Shown one piece after another: positions 59,669-64,000 of a DNA stretch of 64,000 nucleotides. This DNA is from Octopus sinensis (lineage: Eukaryota). How positions within the stretch are numbered: position 1 is the first letter of the stretch; every line of letters starts with the position of its first letter. The stretch lies in NCBI RefSeq assembly GCF_006345805.1, contig NC_043004.1:7688001-7752000 (forward strand), given 5' to 3'. The notes below the pieces were generated by a model. It searched no databases. It was not told the DNA's origin and saw only the letters and a program-made list of their open reading frames with translations. Made by a program: the position numbers and the translations under genes.

Positions 59669-61855
59669 AAGTTCTTAGAAGAACTGAAAAGCAATATCCA
59701 CGATGCTTTCTCAGCATAATCAAGCGATGGCATTGCTTGGAAATGTGTTACAGTCATCGTGTGTACGTGTGTGCTTTGTTATTTATCCGAGTAGGTACAC
59801 TCCAAGATGTTTTGTTTGTTTCTGTCACTGTTAACCTAATCATCATCATCATCGTTTAACGTCCGCTTTCCATGCTAGCATGGGTTGGACGGTTCAACTG
59901 GGGTCTGGGGAGCCCGAAGGCTGCACCAGGCCAGTCAGATCTGGCATTGTTTCTACAGCTGGATGCCCTTCCTAACGCCAACCACTCCGAGAGTGTTGTG
60001 GGTGATTTTATGTGCCACCGACACAGGTGCCAGACGAGGCTGGCGAACGGCCACGCTCGGATGGTGTTTTTTATGTGCCACCGACACAGGTGCCAGACGA
60101 GGCTTGCAGACGGCCACGCTCGGATGGTGTTTTTTATGTGCCACTGACACAGGTGCCAGACGAGGCTGGCGAATGGCCACGATCGGATATATATATTTAT
60201 ATATTGTGTTGCTCATGCAACAAAATAAAGTAAATCTTGATCGTCATCATCATCCTTATAGCAATAATTATAATAATTAACAAACGCAGTAGCAAGCAGA
60301 AACAGTAAACATCGTACGGCTGAAAGTTTGTCTTCAACCAACAATATTAGAGATTCTTAATGGCCTCTTTGGAATTAATAAGCACCAGCCAAACACTTTA
60401 TTTGACGCAAAGATCCCTGCCACCACTACCACGGAGTGAAACAAAAGTTGTATGATGTATGTGTACGAACAACAGCGCTACATGGTAGTGAGAGACGTGA
60501 GCTTTGAATGTAGAGGACATGCGAAGACTAGAGGGGGAAATGAAGCTAGTATGCTTCACTGTGCAAGGTCAGTGTACTTGTGTAACAGAGCGGAACACTA
60601 GGTGCATTTGTGAGATAATTCATAAATGCAGTGTGCAAGAGAGGGGACTGCGCTGGTTTGGTCATGTGATGCGGTTGGAGGAGGGCAGTTGCATAATGAA
60701 GTGCCAATCACTTACAGTGAATGGAACCCCGGAAGACAGGGGACAAAGTATTGAAGGCTGATCTCAAACTGCTGAGCCTTACAAAGATGACAAAGGACCA
60801 AGATAGCTGACACATTGCCATACTGAAGAAAACCTGCCCACTACAGCAGAATTGATATCCTAAAACCTCCTTAGTAATGCTTGCCCATGAGGGGCTCTGC
60901 CCAGTCAACCTTCCCTACCCCTCACACCCATCACTTCCACTATCACCTGAGACTAGAATAGGCACATACTACATCCCCTCGCTTACTTTCTTTCCCGCCC
61001 CAAACCACTTCCACTTCCCATTATCTTCTCCCACTTACTATCTCCGTCAATCACCTCCTTTCTGTACCTTCTCTCCCCTGTGCTGTTCTCCATCATTAAC
61101 ACCTCACTTACCTGCTTCATCTCCAATGCCCTTGCTTTATCTTCCACTGCAATCCCTGCCCTCACCCAAGCCTCTCCAATATTTCTCTTCATTTCTATCC
61201 TGCCTTTCCACCCGGTCTAAACCTCCCGATCATCTCACCAACTTTTACCCTACGGCAACCAGCGTCCCTCGAGCGCATGTCCTCACACATCTTTACTATC
61301 ATCTCTCTCTTCATCTTACTCCTTTACTCACTCATCTTTCCTTTCAAACTGAGGTATCCATGTCTTTATAGCAGAACCCCTATCTTGCCTTGTTAAAAGA
61401 AAAAAGAAAACAATACCAACAGGTTAATAGCTTGTGAAAAATTAACCCTTTCATTACCGTATTTATTTTGAGATGCTCTGTGTTTCCTTCAATTACTTTA
61501 AATATAACAAAGAATTTAGTAAAATAACTTAGGAACATAAATTGTGACTAATGTTTGGTGGAAGATTTTAATTCAAAACTTAAGAAAACATGACATTTGT
61601 ACTACAAAGCTAGAGGCAGTTTCGGCCAGGTTGGTAATGAAAGGGTTAAATGCTGCTTTAAAACTGATTAACTATTATCTTACCAGAAAGAAGTGCTTCT
61701 GTATCAATATATGGTTTATAAACATTCACTTCTTGAGTCAACTTTGCATTCATTAAGGGCTGTGAAATGACAGGAATTGTTTCAGAAATAGCATCCATCA
61801 CAGAAGATGAAGACACATCAATGACATTCAAGAATGTATGACTAGAGTCTTCTTT
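20220..61855 (-). CDS. CPLANE1: Probable CPLANE1 (C5orf42/JBTS17) orthologue, 3' part. Exons in transcript order 61855-61684, 57760-57322, 56055-55908, 53559-53080, 51257-51148, 45316-45188, 34835-34649, 34112-33482, 24313-24156, 20402-20220 (stop TAA)
   Basis: Ten GT-AG exons chain in phase (2637 nt, 879 codons). Segments match recalled CPLANE1 C-terminal motifs: SILSSVSDIMVDL..G.I....VG (cf. LSDIADIIDDL...GVSSEELG); VWM...K....EF......QERKPF....SMS..AI (cf. AWMKRKRKERMAEY......QEHDPF....MTSREI); SEWSLDDRIKSIL; terminal SLSSCSLSSHIDWTAVE (cf. SILSKLDWNAIE). The gene model is well supported; the name rests on memory of the family. Confidence 0.75.
20548..20914 (-). mobile_element. tRNA-headed, Penelope-LTR-like short retroelement with hammerhead motif and 5' inverted partial copy
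   Basis: A box TGGCTTAGTGG (20805-20795), B box GTTCAATTCC (20760-20751), body with hammerhead core, inverted body copy at about 20820-20912; flanking 16-bp repeat TGAGCTTTGTTT(C/T)ACA at 20532-20547 and 20915-20930. Confidence 0.7.
20634..20679 (-). ncRNA. Minimal type I hammerhead ribozyme motif (best-preserved copy)
   Basis: AACAC-CTGATGA-A-GGCTG-loop10-CAGCA-GAAAC-GTT-GTGTT. Stem I is perfect, the core is intact, stem III is the palindrome AACGTT; there is one mismatch at the stem II closing pair and an extra A in the core. Confidence 0.55.
21845..21980. mobile_element. Small piggyBac-type MITE (136 bp)
   Basis: TTAA-CCCTTTGAGCC ... GGTTCAAAGGG-TTAA. Confidence 0.7.
22940..24087 (+). 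mobile_element. Near full-length defective mariner (1148 bp), different subfamily
   Basis: TA flanks; TIRs TT(A/G)GGTTGGCAA..TAAGTTCC; motifs WVPHAL, GDEKW, HDNARPH, YSPDLAPTDFHLF; stops, frameshifts and an internal deletion. Confidence 0.93.
24156..24313 (-). CDS. CPLANE1: CPLANE1 exon (PTQHRMK...SEWSLDDRIKSILYEDKK)
   Basis: cttcag acceptor, AAG|GTAGAG donor. Confidence 0.85.
26946..27336. mobile_element. Foldback MITE with arms of about 160 bp
   Basis: Left AACTTATAAATAAGGGC...GAAGCAAGCTGACAGAAATTTCTAAA...CTGAGTTAA is mirrored on the right; the right end continues to ...TTTCCCCTTTAA. Confidence 0.75.
28080..28420. repeat. (AT)n/(ATAC)n microsatellite clusters
   Basis: Direct reading; source of the YIYI-rich pseudo-ORFs. 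Confidence 0.85.
33482..34112 (-). CDS. CPLANE1: CPLANE1 large exon (ESMSFKAIEK...DKPKLY)
   Basis: Lies within the longest ORF in the window; atgcag acceptor, G|GTCAGT donor, phase 1 fits the next exon. Confidence 0.85.
34649..34835 (-). CDS. CPLANE1: CPLANE1 exon (LRDMMQMSFEKF...RKPFNNGKQ)
   Basis: ttcaag acceptor, CAG|GTAAAA donor, phase 2 to 0; start of the Joubert-domain-like region. Confidence 0.85.
36290..36862 (+). mobile_element. RTE 3' UTR copy. Similar copies at about 25670-26010(+), 28805-29160(-), 29985-30257(+), 31818-32280(-), 37370-37742(+), 47530-47908(+), 52650-53047(+), 55580-55835(-), 58574-59045(-), 59840-60190(-)
   Basis: Shared core and (GAT)n tail with a variable number of subunits; boundaries approximate. 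Confidence 0.75.
38605..39252. mobile_element. Merlin-like non-autonomous foldback element (648 bp)
   Basis: Exact 8-bp TSD ATATTTAG (38597-38604, 39253-39260); termini GGTAAATTT...AAATTTACC; imperfect inverted arms of about 180-200 bp. GG termini plus an 8-bp TSD fit the Merlin superfamily. Confidence 0.7.
39260..41900. promoter_or_regulatory. CpG-retaining, SINE-free intronic island; candidate internal promoter or enhancer
   Basis: Visibly more CpG than flanking unique intron DNA; CCAAT at 40251 and 40411; TGACGTC at 40161; minus-strand GTAAGT donor at 40338-40333. Confidence 0.4.
40478..40539. repeat. 28-bp direct repeat, period 34
   Basis: TCGACTGAAGAAGTTATAATGATGCAGA at 40478 and 40512. 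Confidence 0.9.
43510..44000 (-). mobile_element. CR1/L2-type LINE 3' end
   Basis: ORF 43498..43998 has TRGHVYKV...RKHFFTVRVAEAWN, typical of CR1-clade ORF2 ends; (ATT)n tail. A second 3' fragment is at about 61865-61995. Confidence 0.75.
44705..44935 (+). mobile_element. tRNA-derived SINE, family 2, nested in an RTE 3' UTR. Other copies at about 17218-17440, 35135-35330, 35505-35730, 56515-56720
   Basis: GGTGGCGAGCTGGCAGAA head, GAGTTCAAATTCC B box, 19-bp TSD AGAAACCATGG(T/C)AAAAGAG at 44686-44704 and 44936-44954. Confidence 0.8.
45188..45316 (-). CDS. CPLANE1: CPLANE1 exon (LKDMSILSSVSDIMVDLFQQGHINPTNVG...KEEF)
   Basis: ttgacag acceptor, AG|GTAAAT donor, conserved CPLANE1-like motif. The + strand ORF over it is a shadow. 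Confidence 0.85.
46507..47070. mobile_element. hAT (Charlie-like) non-autonomous element
   Basis: TIR CAGTGGTTCCCAAA / TTTGGGAACCACTG; CTTTAGAC on both sides (one extra C on the right). Confidence 0.85.
47139..47384. mobile_element. hAT (Charlie-like) MITE (246 bp)
   Basis: TIR CAGTGGT(T/C)CTCAACC; exact 8-bp TSD ATTTAGAG. Confidence 0.9.
48337..48589 (-). mobile_element. Young tRNA-derived SINE, family 3
   Basis: TGGCTTAGTGG and GTTTCGATTCC boxes; perfect 22-bp TSD AATATATAGTGTAGAGTATAAT at 48315-48336 and 48590-48611; CpGs retained. Confidence 0.88.
51148..51257 (-). CDS. CPLANE1: CPLANE1 exon (EDKLDQPSADH...KEHHEQ)
   Basis: Not in the ORF track. ttctag acceptor, TG|GTTTGA donor (weak); TG+G gives Trp with the next exon. 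Confidence 0.7.
53080..53388 (-). repeat. Coding tandem duplication, 162 bp + 147 bp
   Basis: Units 53388-53227 and 53226-53080 are identical except for one 15-nt indel. Confidence 0.95.
53080..53559 (-). CDS. CPLANE1: CPLANE1 exon with internal tandem duplication (Q/H-rich)
   Basis: ttccag acceptor, CCA|GTAAGT donor, 160 codons, phase 0 to 0. Confidence 0.85.
55908..56055 (-). CDS. CPLANE1: CPLANE1 exon (FKNLVPQQK...EEESRKTRL), coiled-coil-like
   Basis: tttacag acceptor, CTG|GTGAGT donor, phase 2 to 0. Confidence 0.85.
57322..57760 (-). CDS. CPLANE1: CPLANE1 exon (FKYDSELSPVPFQ...DVNLQ)
   Basis: Poly-T + caag acceptor, AG|GTAAAT donor; coincides with ORF 57318..57731. Confidence 0.85.
59635..59667. 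repeat. (GA)n microsatellite
   Basis: Direct reading. Confidence 0.9.
60010..60185. repeat. 63-bp tandem repeat x3 inside an RTE 3' UTR
   Basis: ATGTGCCAC(C/T)GACACAGGTGCCAGACGAGG at 60010, 60073 and 60136. Confidence 0.9.
60480..60850 (+). mobile_element. RTE-type LINE RT C-terminal remnant
   Basis: ORF 60504..60761 contains RRLEGEMKLV and ERGLRWFGHVMR. Confidence 0.75.
61446..61645. mobile_element. piggyBac-type MITE, same family as 8494-8714 (200 bp)
   Basis: TTAA flanks; TIR CCCTTTCATTACC / GGTAATGAAAGGG; shared internal sequence. Confidence 0.9.
61684..61855 (-). CDS. CPLANE1: CPLANE1 exon (KEDSSHTFLNVIDV...TEALLS)
   Basis: Not in the ORF track. atttcag acceptor, G|GTAAGA donor, 57 open codons; phase 1 fits the 57760 exon. 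Confidence 0.7.
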
Positions 61856-62581
61856 CTGAAATTATAGAATAATAATAATAATAATAATGAAATTATTGTA
61901 TACAGTGCTCATGTGCACCACAACTTGTCAAAAGTGCGTATAAAACATATGCCGTAATGTACAAATGTCTGGAAAGCGAACAGTGTATGAGAATATGGAA
62001 TCGTACCTTTTTCAGAGTTGGAGATCTGGTTTCTCTAGTATGTTGGTCGTTTAGAAGCAGGTCGTTGTAGTGTAGATTTAGGAAGATATCAGGAGTGAGA
62101 ATATTTCCTTGGTGCCCTTCAGTGCCAGCAGTCGCCAGTTCAGTGACTGGATCGGAACCTGGTTTAAGATGACACGTAAACAAAATCAGTTTTTTTTTGT
62201 GTGTATGAGGTGGGGTAATTGATGTTAGAATATTACCAGTACTTACACCATGTTTACATCTTTCATTCACTGACACACAAACAACTGACTTCTGGATAGT
62301 TATTTATTAAATTCCAGTCACAAGACTTTGTTCGATCCAAGTTATGGTAAAAGACAATTTTCTAATGTGTCATACAGTGGGATAGAACCTGCAACCCTAT
62401 GAACCACACATCCAATCCTTCTCTAAAATGTTCTACCTCTGTATCAATGTTAGACATTAATATATTCTTAACCATAAATAGTCATTTTGAAACTAATTAC
62501 CAATTCTACATAAAAAGCAAAGCCAACAAATCTTTTGCCATTTGATGTTTCACAAATACTTCCACTCCAATTTCTCTAACT

Positions 62582-63200
62582 GATGATGATGATGATGATG
62601 ATGATGACATCATCATTTAATGTCCATTGTCCATGCTGGCATGGGTTGGACGGTTTGATCAGGGCTGGTAAACTGAGGGGCTGCACCAGACTCTAGCCTG
62701 ATTTGACATGGATTCTTTGGCTGGATGCCCTTCAGAATGCCAACCACTCAAAGAATGCAATGGGTGCTTTTATGTGCCACCAGCACAGGTGCCATTTATG
62801 CGACACTGGCATTGGCCATGACTGTGATTTCACTTGGCTTCCTCAAGCACAGCACATCACCAAAGGTCTTGGTCACTTGTCATTGCCTTCATGAGGCCCA
62901 ACATTCAAAGACCATGCTTCACCACCTTGTCCCATGTCTTCCTGGGTCTATTTCTTCCACAGGTTTCCTCCACAGTTAGAGATCAACACTTCTTTACACG
63001 GCTGCCTTCATCCATATGCAGCACAGTCATCTCTCTTTCACACCACATCTGATGCGTCTTATGCCCAACTTTTCTCTCAAGATGCTGACACTCTGTCATA
63101 CATGCACACTAACATTACACATCCAACGAAGCATGCTAGCCTCATTTCTTTCAAGCCTATGCATGTCCTTGATCCTTGGTGGTCACAGCCCATGATATAT
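62582..63200 (-). mobile_element. RTE-type LINE 3' fragment
   Basis: (CAT/GAT)n tail, same 3' UTR, RT C-terminal remnant. Confidence 0.75.
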
Positions 63201-63785
63201 TTAATAAGTTGACACTGATAAGATTGTTATCCATTTCTGAAGTGCAATAAGTAATTAGAAGCTGGTTAAGTGCTGAATTCTCACTTCTAAGTTAAAAGTT
63301 TATATTTTACTGTTGTTATGCTGTCAGGCAATATATATATATATATAAATATATTTTATATATAGAGATATATACAAACCTACATAGTAGATATACATGT
63401 TGCTCTATAGATTGAAGAAAAAAAGATGAATATCTTTAACAGGTTTCCAATACTTATTAGAGTCTCATTAGGTGTTTACATCACTTGACCAATCTGAGAG
63501 AAATAAGCAGCTAATCTGTTTATTTCCACAACAAATCCAGTGGCTTCAGATGACTGGGTCTGCCAATTTGCATAATAAAAGTATTTAGAAATTCATTTAA
63601 TTTCAGGGGCCTTCAACGGGGCACCCAGTCCACACAGTATCAAGGTATGATATATGTAAACCTACTATCTTGGTTTACATATAATTAAGTATTTAATTCT
63701 ACTTACATAATTAAATCAGTTTTATGAACACTTGGGTTGGGGAATCCTTGAATGATGGTGCTTAGCTCAGGTTTACATGAAATAC

Positions 63786-63857
63786 CATAAAAGAGAGGAA
63801 GTCAGTTTGCTGCAGCTGACCTGAACACGTTCCTAACAACCAGGTGGACAAAGCTTC
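63786..63857 (-). CDS. Possible further upstream CPLANE1 exon (EALSTWLLGTCSGQLQQTDFLSFM)
   Basis: tttcaag acceptor, ATG|GTATTT donor, phase 0 fits the 61855 exon; no homology recognised. Confidence 0.25.
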
Positions 63858-64000
63858 CTTGAAACAACAAATTACCAGCCAGAAATTTGAGCAATTACTT
63901 CAATATTTTATCCATTCACCATCTCACTTGTACTTTCTCAATTAAGACATAATTAAAGTGTTAATTAATTTACCCGTGTCTTTAGTGATGGAAGTAGCAA

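Noticed and set aside
59950-60200. Regular 63-bp repeats that might suggest a CRISPR array
   Set aside because: The units are contiguous with no unique spacers, lie inside a LINE 3' UTR, and there are no cas genes; the DNA is eukaryotic.
60877-61371. 164-aa P/S/L-rich ORF (similar ones at 54265-54827 and 11887-12162)
   Set aside because: These are low-complexity pyrimidine-rich tracts that lack stops by composition; there is no splice context.
1061-62979. Many short ORFs containing LQLDALPN(A/T)NHS or WLALGRASSCRN
   Set aside because: They are chance translations of the RTE 3' UTR repeat in varying frames with scattered stops, not a gene family.

Overview
AT-rich (about one-third GC), intron-rich animal DNA. 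The repeat families look cephalopod, probably Octopus (inferred, not proven). It holds the 3' halves of two convergent spliced genes. (1) WDR36/UTP21 on +: 10 exons from 1 to 18118, with an unbroken splice-phase chain, about 421 aa. (2) A probable CPLANE1 (C5orf42/JBTS17) orthologue on -: 10 exons from 61855 down to 20220, about 878 aa. One CPLANE1 exon carries a near-perfect in-frame 147/162-bp tandem duplication. Introns are full of 5'-truncated RTE-type LINE 3' ends, tRNA-derived SINEs, three mariner elements, piggyBac and hAT MITEs, a Merlin-like foldback MITE and a CR1/L2-type remnant. Most short ORFs in the supplied track are translations of these repeats. The most unusual signal is a small element present twice (8479-9076, 20548-20914). 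It combines a tRNA-like Pol III head, a Penelope-LTR-like body with a minimal type I hammerhead ribozyme, an inverted copy of that body at its 5' end, and 13-16-bp target-site duplications. A CpG-retaining, CCAAT-rich island in a CPLANE1 intron may be an internal promoter. There is no CRISPR array, rRNA or intact tRNA. Family and gene names rest on recalled motifs; no searches were run.
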